Shown: piece by piece, positions 36,401-48,555 of the stretch
Layout of the letters: each line of letters begins with the position of its first letter
How positions within the stretch are numbered: position 1 is the first letter of the stretch
Origin: Ruditapes philippinarum
Taxonomy: Eukaryota
DNA length: 64,000 bases
Assembly: GCF_026571515.1 (NCBI RefSeq)
Contig: NW_026856902.1
Location: 1 to 64,000, forward strand
Direction of reading: 5' to 3'
The notes under the pieces: generated by a model
The model's input: the letters and a program-made list of their open reading frames with translations, nothing else
What the model was told of the DNA's origin: nothing
The model's database searches: none
Translations under genes and position numbers: made by a program

Positions 36401-39400
36401 GCCAACAATACTCTGTAGACAGCAACCAATTCCCTCCAAGTGGAAGATTTGGTGCGTTCTGTTTCTGACCAGACGCCATGGGATACCCCATTTAAGGTAT
36501 TAACCTCATACCCAGCGTAAGCTGTGTCACTTGCATCAGAATACACTACTTTTGTACAGATATGAGATCGTTCAAGATCTTTCTTGTCTATACACGACAA
36601 GTAACCTTTCCAGAATAAAAGCTGTTCATAACTCTCTGCACTGAGTAAAATGCGCTCATCCCAATACCGTGCATTTAATACATCTAAAGTTAAATATCTA
36701 GTCATAATTTGAGATATATGCCCAATGACTGTCGTCATAGAAATAAACTGACCAACTGCACTAGTAACTTTTCTTACGGGAACTTTAAACTTCTTGTCAA
36801 TAAGGCCAATCAAAAAATCAATAGTTTCTTGTGCTTTTAACAATCTTCGATCGGGAATGGAAATAGTACCATTGATTGTATTCAAATCACACCCAAGATA
36901 CTCTATATCTGTACATCTTATTCGCTACTCTCAAACAAAGAAAATTACATGTACATGTTGTAAGTAAAAATGTTCGACGATTAAGTTTAAGATTACTTTG
37001 CATTAGGTCACTGATTTTTTTAACAAGAAAACGAAAATCCACGAATTAAAAAACCCACGAAAATGCCCGTTTTGATAAAACCACGAAATTTCATGCCCAC
37101 GAATATAAGTGAATTTGCAATGTTGGACAAGTTTGCAGTTCTTTTATTCGAAATGCAAATAATAATAAAACCTTGCTCATCTGTTGGTAACTTTGTATGG
37201 AAAATGCTTAAAACATGCTTCATTTATACTTTCAGTTTACCATTGATATATTCTTTGACAGCGTGGAGAAAAAAATAAGGCAAGATACATTTTCCTCCAA
37301 GGATAATGTTACACTTCTTCAGCTATTCAATGCGGTAAGTAAACACGAACCATGGCAATATATTTATTTGTTGTTTTTTCTCCAACATACGAACGGTTAC
37401 TATATTTTTGGTTGAGTTACATGTCACACCAAATGGTGAGTAGTGGAGAAAAACTTCGTGTACCCCTTTATCCTTAGGACAGCCAGCCTTCCAAAATTTA
37501 CCTGGATTCCGTCATAAAAATAAGTTATTCCAAAGTCCCTGACATTGGTAATTGTACACCAGATATGTAAATGAACCAATTAGAATTTATTAACGTGAAC
37601 AAATAATAGCGTCTGTGATGATATAATTATCTATTTTACCGTTTTACTTCACGCTGTTGAGATTTGTAAAATGTGCACACAATGTGTAAACAATCTGCAT
37701 ACCAGTGCAGACACAAACATTATATGTGTGTACAAACCTTCCTTGAGTTTAACACTTGATATTATCATTTCTTTCAGAACGTTGGTTTCAGGATTTTGAA
37801 CAATAGACAATGTACACTGTTTGAACCAGGCCATTTTCCGCCGGAACCGATTTGCATCCCGGGTGAGAAAATCTCTCTTATGAAAACAAATCTTATAACG
37901 GATAACAAACAAACCGTATTATTTCACACTTAATAAAATGTTATCAATAAACTTGTTTCACTGTATGCACAATATGAACTGCTTATACAAATTATTATTT
38001 TTTCTTTCTTAGAGTCCTGAAAATCTGTGAAAAAGAAGTCTTTAATTATAATCGTTGACAGTAACATTGACTCTGTTGGACCCGTTCGCAGCCGCAAAAC
38101 TTAACCCATATTAGACTTGGCAAGCACCTCGTCATATATAGGTTTGACAACTGAGTACTTTATATTGTACTCATCAACGCAAAATAACCTCACGTTTTTT
38201 TGTTGTTTTTTTTCTTTTGTTTTTTTGTTTGTTAAATAGAAACGTCAAAAAGTACAAAAATATAATTTGAGAAGCGGATATACAGAAAATAAGCTTACAT
38301 GTCACATCCTTCGTAATGATTCATTGAATGAGTTACCATTAGCAAAGGTTTGTTAAATTTCTACAATAGATACATGGAAAAGATACGACGAATACAGACT
38401 CGGATTCAAGCCCAGCATTAATGTTGCTGATTACGGACACAGTGAACATTCCGTATCCGTTTACGTCAGCTTAACTGACAACTGTACTCCTGTCAGCATA
38501 ACATCATTTGGATTCCCGAGTAAAGGTAACGTCTTACAATAATTTTAACGCAATTTATAAATGGTTAAATATTATAAAGAAAAAAATAGCATTAGCGGAC
38601 CAACAAATCATTTTCATTATATTGTCTTCCATGTAAAATGGATTTTGACACACTTGAAAAACCTTCTAAGCATAGCATTGTTCAATCAAGTATACTCCTT
38701 TTTTGATTGATACCTTCAAACGTGTTATTCTAAGCTAAATATTTTCTCGAATATTCAAAGAGTTATTTTATTTGTTTTTAAACTATGTTTCTGGAGTAAT
38801 AGTGATTCTACATAGTTACTGTTTACGTAATTCTACATCATAATTGTTTACATAATTCTCCATAATAGCTATTTACATACATCATCATACAAGGTAAAAA
38901 AACAAGTTGACATTTTGATTTTCTACTTGAAAGGCAAGGAAAAAATGTGTTTAATGTTTTCCTCTTACAAATGAAGTTCTTGTTCGAGTTTCATCACAGC
39001 GATAATGTTAAATAGGAAATACCTCATACACTCTGCCATCGAGTCATCATAAAAAGTAAGAGGTGTAACAAGAATTAAAATTGTTACCTAACTGCTGGCT
39101 GCTTAGGGGCGTCTATGGCCAAGCTTTTTACGTCAAACAACTTGTCCCTCAACGCTGTGAGTTCGAATTCCTCAGTGGAACAAAAAAGTCGATAACGTCA
39201 CATTCGATATTATTTGTTCGTTTCAGACACAATGACCCTGTTTGCAGCACATTTTGAAAACTATTTACCAGATATACCGGATCCATCGGTGTTCCATGTT
39301 CCTGCAATCTGCAAACATGCATTGAGGGTAAATATTGAACGAGATTTTCATTGTAGATTTGCATCAAACAATATTACACTGTATAATCTCTTAATTGTTC

Positions 39401-41067
39401 TGTTTACTTGAACAATGTTTTTGCTTGATTTAATGAATATGAATAACCGTAATCAGAGCTGCATCAGTACTAAGGGTGTAGTACTTAAGTACCAGTACCA
39501 GTACTTGGCAAATTATGCAGTACCATTACCAGTACCAGTACTAGATTTTAGCTCGGTACTGCAGTACCAGTACTTTTTTTGGTGAAGTAATTAAGTATCA
39601 GTACCATTACTTTTATATATTCATCAAAGTTTGAATAAATACAGTGTCAAACAAATAATTGCAAATATTATTCAGCAAAGAAATAAAATCATAATTTACT
39701 TTAAAGCTGCATGCCTCCAGATGACCCAAAATATTTCAAGAAAATTAAACTTGGAAAAAAATTACTAAAACTTTGAGAAAAGTAAACAAATTAAAGATTC
39801 AAGTGATAATTTATATCTTATGTGCAATTAATGACTGTATTTTGTAGTATTTATCACTATATTTCTACTGCGTTACTAACGCAGTAGGGGCTATTTATGC
39901 ATGTTTTGACCTCTTTTTGGTAATTTACGTGGATTTTAAGTGCTGATTGTAATGTGTCAAGTACTTTCTTTGTTCATTTAACAATATTTTACCTTTAAAT
40001 ACATTTTCAAAATTTTCATGAAAATTAGGATGAATCTGGAGGCATGCTGCTTTAAAGTTAACATAACATATTTACAACTTTATAGTTTTAACATACTTTT
40101 TACAAACAATATTTACAACATATAATATTCATGTCATATCTAATTGTTTAGTAACCAGTCAACTGTAAATACAATGCAAACATCTTTCATTTAAAACACA
40201 ACAGTCTTTTGTTGCCTTTCACACCTTCACACCTCTGTTCAATTTATACCAAAGTAAATAACAACTTTTTATGGTGCAAACAATAGGATAAAACCCCACC
40301 AGTTAAAATTTTATATAAAATTTTGAGTGGTGGGGTTTTAACTGGTGGGGTTTTGTCCATCTTCCAATTCCACTTTTTTCACTTGAAATGGGATTTTTTT
40401 AGAATAGAAGAAATTAATTAGTGTTTATTTTGCTCTTTTACTAGTAAATACAAAGTAATAAAAGATTTTAATAAGGATATTTTAGGGTAAAGAGTTATTG
40501 AGTCTGTTTATCTTAATTTAATTTTTACTTAAAGTCTTTGGTGCTTTTTATGATGAATACTATGTTAACATTTGAAGGAATATTGCAGCAAATTATCTTT
40601 AGATTTGATAACTTACTGTTTCACAAAAATAAAATGTAGTTAATGTAATTTACAGCTTTATTTAATGAGAAAAATTGATGTTATTTTTAATTTTATCAAA
40701 ACCAAAAGTACTGGGTAATGCAGTAGCAGTACCACTTTTTAAGACAGTAATGCAGTACCAGTACCAGTAGTAGCAAAATTTTGTAAGAGTAATTCAGTAT
40801 CAGTACCAGTACTTGCAAAATCGCTGCAGTACGTACTGCAGTACCAGTACCAGTACCAGTAATGCAGCTCTGACCGTAATTTATACTCTCTGTTCATCAT
40901 TAATATCAGCGTGAACTTGATCTAATATGTTATCATTTGAATCATATCGTAACATCAAGACATATAAATTGATACTCATTGTAAACTTTCTGTTACAGGA
41001 CTACGAACTCACAAAAGAACCATTGCATGAAAAGATGTTCTGGAGAGAAATGTTTGCCGAATATTGA
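30463..41067 (+). CDS. Ependymin-related (EPDR-like) secreted protein, paralogue 3 (217 aa), closest to paralogue 2
   Basis: join(30463-30606,37236-37334,37778-37862,38370-38525,39227-39327,40999-41067). GT-AG, phases 0,0,1,1,0. The ORF stays intact despite TE-expanded introns 1 and 5. Motifs CCFPQNW, RQC, ICIP, TDNCTPV, DIPDPSVFHVPAIC. Confidence 0.9.
31123..33062. mobile_element. Non-autonomous TTAA-targeting DNA transposon (Kolobok/piggyBac-like), ~1.9 kb
   Basis: TTAA|GGTGACAAC (31119-31131) and GTTGTCACC|TTAA (33054-33066): a 9-bp TIR with TTAA flanks and no transposase ORF. Confidence 0.65.
33449..34001. mobile_element. Foldback/palindromic MITE with internal ~22-bp tandem subrepeats and a 6-bp TSD
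   Basis: Long TIRs (tacggaatgccgttagggccat ... atggccctaacggcattccgta). Arms are built of (gttttcatcatcgtactatcgc)-like units. Direct CAATTC flanks lie at 33443-33448 and 34002-34007. Confidence 0.85.
34496..35480 (-). pseudogene. Frameshifted tyrosine recombinase of the DIRS-like element
   Basis: Pieces in different frames: LLRNSRA..FQKW (35305-35480), YAGFLRSSEL (34965-35204), SKTD..CPV..HSLRSG..HGRW..Y (34496-34957). Together they give the R-K-HxxR-W-Y catalytic set, interrupted by frameshifts. Confidence 0.88.
35737..36885 (-). CDS. DIRS-like pol fragment: RT C-terminus, RNase H and DNA adenine methyltransferase-like domain
   Basis: RNase H motifs YSDAS, SSTWRELVAV, WFTDNQ, EWVPRTQNEKADFLSR. 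Downstream DWFAS...FYSRFWNP...IDAF...W...FVPP...GVLVIPCW...FWP is the MT-like domain typical of DIRS1-type elements. Confidence 0.88.
   Translation of the reverse strand: MNTINGTISIPDRRLLKAQETIDFLIGLIDKKFKVPVRKVTSAVGQFISMTTVIGHISQIMTRYLTLDVLNARYWDERILLSAESYEQLLFWKGYLSCIDKKDLERSHICTKVVYSDASDTAYAGYEVNTLNGVSHGVWSETERTKSSTWRELVAVYRVLLALGHFLKSQCVKWFTDNQGVKVIVLKGSMRQELQEIFQYCMKNAISLEVEWVPRTQNEKADFLSRLSDFDDWGISFDILQMITDRFGQLDVDWFASYYNAKLTKFYSRFWNPDCFGIDAFSESWEGQFGLFVPPISVIHRVIMKLACDHAHGVLVIPCWKSALFWPFICPNGCFIKEVVDWFDLPTERHFYIKCKNGKGIFGNTDLKFRMLALKLQFTQGK
39454..40872. mobile_element. Non-autonomous hAT-like DNA transposon in intron 5 of EPDR-3
   Basis: 11-bp TIR CAGAGCTGCAT, perfect 8-bp TSD ACCGTAAT (39446-39453, 40873-40880) and subterminal (CAGTAC)n arrays. 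It is absent from the homologous 208-bp intron of EPDR-2. Confidence 0.88.
39705..40051. mobile_element. TTAA-flanked MITE (Kolobok-like) nested in the hAT-like element
   Basis: TTAA|AGCTGCATGCCTCCAGAT ... ATCTGGAGGCATGCTGCT|TTAA. Related copies at 8033-8384 and 48556-48876. Confidence 0.75.
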
Positions 41068-41445
41068 CCTGATATCCTATCAAACTGATTGAAACTGTTG
41101 GACAGTTTGGATGTTACAGATCAGAATTATGAAGTCTTGACTAAACACAATTGTCAATTTCGATATTGCTACAAACAGTAAAATACAAATCAATAACAAT
41201 TAAACATAAAATGTGCAACTCCAACGTACAATAATTTAACTTGTTACGGTAAATATTGCAGCACGTTTTTCTGCCGTATCACATTTAAATTACTTTGATA
41301 ACAAAACTAGAATATGATTTGCAAATTTGTTACTATTTTCTACACAAACTAGTTATATGTTATTATCATATACATTATGAAGTTCCAAACTTACTCTTCT
41401 TAACATAATATGATTTGTAACTACCTACAACATGATGATGTCACT

Positions 41446-41451
41446 AATAAA
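41446..41451 (+). terminator. Candidate polyadenylation signal of EPDR-3
   Basis: AATAAA at the position homologous to 21094 of EPDR-2, within an alignable 3' UTR. Confidence 0.4.
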
Positions 41452-44400
41452 ACCAAAGATGCATTACCAATTGTTTTCCTTTTATCCATATTGTTTACGT
41501 TGTCAGAAGATTATGTTCTAGTAGCAGTCAATGCCAAGTAGTAATGATGTGTAAGTACATTGCGACAACAGCTGGTAAAATATATTTTTCTGATAAATTC
41601 GAATAAAGTTAGGAATAAATAAAAGTGTTACTTATCAGAAATACAAATTATATAGAAAAATATGTTAAACAATATAGTTATGATTTGCCCAATACAAATA
41701 TTTAGGTTGGGTTTATGAAGTTTTCTTTGAATCTGCCGACAAATCACTATCAAGTTCACTCGAAGTCGGCCAATGGCAGTAGAATCGTGCGATAAATTGT
41801 TTGAAGAAAGTGATGTTCATTCTCCACTTGCCTCATATTGCATGATTTACAAATTTGTTGTCCAAGAGGTACGTTATTATATCTGCTAGTTTCTAGAGGA
41901 AGTTTAAAATCAAGTTACATCATTTCTGAATTTCTTTTCTAGGACACAGTAAATACTTTTCCATTTCAAAAGAAAGTTTTAAAAAGTAGATTGTATGCAG
42001 TATTAATAAAATGTCAGAATGGATAACACCTTCGTATAAAAGTATTTTGTTTAATAACAATATATGGTATATTTTCCCGTTATATGGTCGAGCAACATCT
42101 GTTCTGACTGAAGAAATATAATAATAATATATAGCGGATAACGACACAGGAAAGAAAATCAAGCAAATTATATTATTTTTCAAAAGAATGTCCTAATAAT
42201 TGATAGTTATATTTGTTTGAAAACTTGAAAACAAGTAATGAATAACTAATGGGTTATGTTTAGCAATGCGATAGTGTGTTCTAAACCAAATGAAACTCTT
42301 AAAGATAATAATTTCAAGTTATTTAAATGAATCTTAGATCCAATGGTGTGCTCTATACATAGCAATGTACTGAGTATGTCTACATCTTATATTGATTTTG
42401 TTTGAGACGTTTTCATTTTCTACCCTTATGTATCACCACGTCCTTTAATGTAACATAGCCTTGCCTTTCGAATTTCAGGGGATTTAGCAAAAAATACACG
42501 ATAGTATGCAAAAAAAGAGGAAAGAATCGTAGTTAAAAGTCTGGGTTTATATTGCCTATAAGGTCATTGCCAAAGAACAAAAAGGTCAGATGTGAGCTCA
42601 GATTCACCTAGTTCAAGCCTATGTGAGAATAAAAAGATTATGTGCAGTTATACATTATACATATTTGTCGTCGTGTACATCTTTCTGGTTGAATAAATCG
42701 TGTGCCAATATTTTCTGCAATAAGCTTTTGCCATATAACGATCTTTCTAAACATTTGTCTTCACAATCACGCTTATTTTTAAACAATCTTTTTTTCTACT
42801 TTGGGTAGTTACAGTTTTCCTACTTGAATATGTATAATAAACTGTTAGATATGTTGTCTGCGTTTTAAATTTGTCTTTTGAGGTCTTGTCTGTGATATGC
42901 AGGCTCTATAACCTTTTATCTTCTTTAACATTCCATTTTATTTAGTTCCGCCCATTGTTTACTTGTTAAGGTTACACGCTATTGTTGTTTGGGAAACATA
43001 CGCCAATTTTCATGGAATGGCACGAACGTCTCACATTAAAGATTCCGCTGTATGAACACATCTGCAGATGTTTTTAAATTCAAATTTCACCATTTTCATT
43101 AAATGTTGAATTATGCTTAAGTCGGTGCTATGGGTCGTGGACCTTTGCTGGAAATACCATGAACAGCCTCAATAAACCCGAGCCTGCAACATTTTCCATT
43201 TTGCTGTTGTAACCAGTTAGTGTTTTTGCTCTTTTCGTTTATTTTAAACTTTTTGCATTTTATTTTTGCAGAGTTTTCTATAATCTCCCTTTAGTCAAGC
43301 ATTTGATTTACCGCTGTTTTCGAACCAATTATTGTGGTCATGTGACATTTTGTTCACTCGTGCACAAGTCTTGTTACTGAGCAGTTAAAAGTGTATCAAC
43401 TTTGCTAAACTTTACTTTATTAATTTTAACTATTTTGGTGTTCTTAATAATTAAAGGTTGAGGTTGGTTGGTCTTATTTATTATTATTATTAATATTGAT
43501 TCATCTTCTTTTGAGTCACAAATGAGCAATGCTTTATTTGTATTAATTCAGTATTTGTGTACAAATATATATTGGTACAATCAGGATTTACTATCTTATA
43601 TAATCACCTGTCATTTAACCATTTACAGTTAATAGAGCACAGTAAGAATCAGAGCAGAGTGACAGTGGTGTATTATATATAAAAGACCTGATCCACAATT
43701 GGTATGTAAATATATGTATTGTTTGTGTAATTTCGTTTTAGTTTGTCAATATGTTTATTAATTATTTTAAGTAAGGACTAAGGATATTTCTAGGCTGGCT
43801 GACCTGACCACAGTGGAAATTTATAGCATAATATTGTTATATGTGTTTAAACTCATATATCATACATATATGCATTATACTTTTGTTGTATATTAATATG
43901 TTGTATTTGTTTAATTTAATATATAAATATAATCAATTACAACTGGACTTTGTTGTATTGGACCATGCTGCTTCGACTGCTGCTTGTGCCAGTGTGGTTG
44001 CCCATTATTATCTTTAAAAATGGGTTGGAGCCCACCTGGTCACACTGTTTCGGGCTTTCTTTGTGAATTTCTGTTATTCTTTATTTTCTATTTCGATTGG
44101 GCATTGTTCAGTAAATAATGATTTAAAAATGGTCGTTAAATTTTTCAACATTAACGTAACTATCAGCTTTTAATTTTATTATTTTCCCCTTCTGTTTTGA
44201 CAAAAGTTCAGGGTTGAGTAGCTACAATGTTTATTCATAAATGTTCTAGACATTAGACTACCGCACCCCTCAATCACTAGAGTGAATTATGTAATTATGC
44301 ACACGACGATATTTTGAAAACATAAAAGTACTACAAATGTAAACTTAAATATTTAAATGCATTTACCAATGAAAGACTGATTTATTATTACAAAAGATAA

Positions 44401-45548
44401 AGCGACTATTTTAAAATATTCTACATTTATGTTTCGATCTCTCCTTAGTTCTTCTTTTTGCCTTTAGTTATGAAACATTACTATAGGAAAATCTGCCATT
44501 CATCTTTAAAAGTTATAAAATGCATATAGATTGCCTTTTATATCAGAATACATTAAGAGTGCTAAGAAAAGTCTAAAACAAACCCCTCGCGCCTGTAACA
44601 CCCCATTCATTACTAGACGTTACCCTACAAATATTTGACCAATTTAACCGCTTCTATAGTAAATTATATTTTTCAGATAATTACTGTGTTTATTTAGTTT
44701 TTATACTTGAATAATGATAATAAATATAAACATAAAACTTTTGGAACGTTTCCGATTTTTTTCTGATTCTCAAAATATCTGTGCAAAAAGGGAGAATATC
44801 TTCAAGCCGACTGGAACAGCTACCAAGACGTAAACAATATCAACACCAATAATAAAGCCCAGAAATATTGTTTCGTAATGTGAATCTTTTGAATGAGTGA
44901 TTTATAATTTTGCACGGTATTTCGTTCAGATATTATCTTATTCGCTATTATGAACTCCATAACGTGCATTATAAAGGGTATAAAGCTATATACGATGCAA
45001 CATTTTTATTGAAAAACAGTTAATTTAAGTAATTTCCATATTCTTATGCTAGAACGTTGAACGAGTTTTAACATAATTTTAAGAACATGAGAAATAATTG
45101 AAATAAATGTTTTAAATAAGTGGAGTAAAGAAGATAAACATGACTTAATAATGTACAGTATATGTATCAGCTTGTGTGCGTATATTAATTAAAGACGAAA
45201 TAGAAGTAGAAGTTTCAAAAGCTTTCATATTTAAATCAATAAATGTTTGGTGCCAAAGCACTGTCCACAGGAAGGCGTTTTGATCTTTCTTTTGTAATTT
45301 TAATTACACGCATATCTATTAAAATTACAAATTACATCTCTCACTTCAAGTTGCAATTTTAATGATGGTCTTGTGTGACTGGATGCTTTTGAAGAGTGAA
45401 TTCATTTAACGTGGCTGTCCTTTATTTATCTTTTCATTCCTATTTTTGAATAAAGTATGTGATTAAAAGTATGGTTACTATATCTTACTTTTGTGATAAT
45501 GTCATTACAGCATTATATTCATCACCTGTGTTTCTATAACCAGCCGAA

Positions 45549-48251
45549 ATGAGTACTTCACTGCGAACATCATTATCTCTCGCCATTGTGTTATTGATGT
45601 TGAGAGCATATCATGCAGATGTATGCTGTTTTCCAAGCCAATTTGAATGTCATGCCAATCATTTCATGCCAAATGAAAAAGCAAAAATATATAGGCCTTA
45701 TATAGAGGTAATTTAGTTCCAAAATTTAAAATCTGATTTCAAAAAGAAATATAACAAAAAAAAAAAAAAAAAAACGTTTAAATGAAAATTTTAAGAATGA
45801 TTAATATACATGGAATTTTGATTGCGAGTATACTCCTTGCGGAGTGATGCAATTACTTCAGATGATGATGATGAATTTTATATATCACCAGTACAAAAGT
45901 CACTTTTCTGTATAAATGTGAAAAACTGAAATGAATTGAGCAAGATATATAACTATACCTGAAAAAAATCGATGACATGTATTCTTCAAAATTTTACAGA
46001 GAGATTTTGACATATCGTTTGACTGGACCAAAAAACGCTTGAGACAGTACTCTCCAGCTACAGGTTATGTAGAATTGCTGTTTTTCGAAAAGGTATTATT
46101 AAAAAAAAAAATATCGTAACTACATTGTTTAGACAAGCCACTGTTCTCCGATTTTATTCAAAGGTTCATTATTAACAGTAGGTTTGGTAAATAAAGTGAA
46201 GTATACATACTGTAAGATTATTTATATATTATACAGAAAATTATAATTATTTAATATATATTAAAAGAATATACACAAAGATAACAATATAGTTCTTATA
46301 ATAAAAATAGAACGTTGGTATAGCTTATATTAGATTTATCTTCAACAATTATTAATGAAACTTGTAGACAGAATTGCTATCTTAAACTTTAATGTTTTGC
46401 AATTTTCTTAAGCCTAAATCATTTAAATGTTTTGATTGGCAGGCTGTCGTTTATTTCATCCGGAATTCAACTTGCAGTATCAAACTACTTGAGCCTCCTA
46501 AAATTGGAGCATTCTGTGTTCCAGGTATGTATGAAAAAAATGAATTTCATGACATTTGTCAGAGAGTATCTTTGTAAATAAGCTTTCTAAACATGTCTAT
46601 CTCACCAGCACCTTCATCAGCAAAACATATAAACCACTTTGAAGATCTTCATTAACGCCATCCGTTGTTGCAGAATTTTGAATATGTTTTAGCTATTTAA
46701 AATTATATTTGCTCAGTCCATCAAGAACAAAGTCATAGAGTACATTAAAGTTATAATAAGAGTTAATCTTATTGATCTGGTTATATTTTGCAAAAACTAT
46801 TTGCGGATTTAGTCCAGTTTCAATGTTGTTTTTATTCCAGTCCTATTTTTATACAATTAGTTCAATTAATGTATTTCAATTAACGGTGAACTTCATTTAT
46901 TATCGGTAAATTATTGAACTCACTAATATGTAGAGGAAATAATTGATTTTCAGATAATGCTAAACGTATGAAAAGTTACACACTTGGTGTGAAAGAGCAG
47001 ATAAATGTCACTGATTATTTGTATAAAATTGACCAAACGCAGATGTTGCGGACAATTTCTGACAACTGTGTGCCGGTGTTTGATTTAATTTTCCATGCGA
47101 AGTGTAAGCATTATATAACTTATTACTGTACCTTATCAATAAATCTACGTATCTCTTAGCTCCAGCAGATGAGGTGGTTCTCTTTCCTGATGATGTTTTT
47201 ATTTTTTAACACCCGAGGTTAACCAAAATCTTGCCTGTTTTGGCGCCGTATGACCTAAATTGTTTTGGTGCGTTGTGAAACGAAAAAAAAATAGCATGAG
47301 ATTTTGAATTTTGCAATATAAATTGTTTATAATTTATTTTTCAAACTCGTAGAACATGTTTTTTTTATAATAATGAAATAAGGTCTACCTTATGAATCTT
47401 TATCAAAACAAAATTTTATACATTTATGTACAATTTCTTTCTTTCGTGCATTAAATTATTGAGCCAAAAAAAATGTCATATCTTAACCATGAAACAAATA
47501 ATATCTTAAAAGTAAGTTATGATAAGGTAGTATTGCAAATCTTAAATAATGGTATTTTGTATTTAGATACTATGCTTCTTTGAAATTATTGTTTATTATA
47601 TACATGTACTTATATTAACTATTATACACATCTTATCATTTCTTATCATTTTTAAAATATATTCTGAAATATTTTGTTATTCTTCTAGCAAACTTTAAAA
47701 ACTTTAACACAATTTTGGCCACATATCAGAACTTGACTCTTGGAATTAAAGACGAAAAGGTGTTTGATGTACCAAGTTTCTGCAAATCAAGCGCCAAGAA
47801 GGTATTCATTTCCAAATAAGATAGTGATCGTTATCAAATGTTCAAAATATGAAAGTGTCATACTGTCAAAATGTAGCATATAGTAAAAATTGTCTAAGAA
47901 CTATTTTGATCCAAGCAATCCTCAAGATTTTCATTTTGCAAAATAGTTTTTATGGTTCTTATCACATGATTCTAGTTTATTATCTAAGATTATATAAATG
48001 TATTAGGAATATATGTCGTCGGTAACCGACAGTGGTGATTAATCCCGCTTTATCAATCATTAGTCGCACATAACATGTAAATTATTACTTGATCTTGAAT
48101 ATATTTACTGTTTTTAAAATCTTTTGAATTCTTTTGGAGGCATGTAATATTTGGTTGAACTTGTTTTTATCGCTGATGTTTATTCTTTTTATTTTAGGAA
48201 ATAAACTCAAAAGTAGAGGGCACCAGTTTGTTCTGGAATGTCTTTGTTTAA
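45549..48251 (+). CDS. Ependymin-related (EPDR-like) secreted protein, paralogue 4 (216 aa)
   Basis: join(45549-45707,46000-46092,46443-46524,46954-47103,47689-47801,48198-48251). GT-AG, phases 0,0,1,1,0. Signal peptide ending AYHA, then DVCCFPSQFE, SFDWTKKRLR, NSTC, FCVP, YTLG, SDNCVPV, YQNLTLGIKDEKVFDVPSFC. Most of its exons are missed by the ORF track. Confidence 0.9.
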
Positions 48252-48555
48252 AGCGCAGTGATTAGATCAGCACTTTCGACAATGTGAAATATATAAAGAT
48301 ATGTTTCTATGTGCAAGGAATATAAATGACTAAATGAGATTTACATAACTTTTTGAAAGACTAAAGTGAAAGCAAAATGTGTATTAAGAGTTTAGAAAAA
48401 AAAATGTATTAACAGTATAGAAAAAAAACAACAAAAATAACCTGAACATATTTAACAACTAGCTGTTTTCATAGTATGATCAATAGTCAGAAGCTTGAAA
48501 ATATGGGACATATCTGATATTGAAATTATTAATGACACTTTTCTAAAACATTTAA

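Larger units (their letters stand above)
34230..36915 (-). mobile_element. 5'-truncated, degenerate DIRS-like tyrosine-recombinase retrotransposon
   Basis: Order on the - strand: RT tail (IEYLG motif near 36910), RNase H, methyltransferase-like domain, then a frameshifted tyrosine recombinase. No gag or YxDD core is visible. Boundaries are approximate. Confidence 0.88.
30785..37122. mobile_element. Outer non-autonomous DNA element (TACTGT-type MITE) split by nested insertions
   Basis: The left end tactgtaaaatcattattattcgtggggcacgaattttcgtggtttt is an imperfect inverted repeat of the right end aaaaccacgaaatttcatgcccacgaatataagtgaatttgcaatg (about 37077-37122). Confidence 0.6.

Noticed and set aside
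34496-36885. Prophage or bacterial integrase plus methyltransferase, i.e. HGT or contamination
   Set aside because: The linked RT tail and DIRS-type RNase H identify a eukaryotic YR retrotransposon embedded in a spliceosomal intron.
43672-43710. TATA box plus first-exon donor for EPDR-4
   Set aside because: TATATAAAAG and GGTATGT are only about 20 bp apart, too close for a TSS and exon, so the 5' UTR exon of EPDR-4 is left unassigned.
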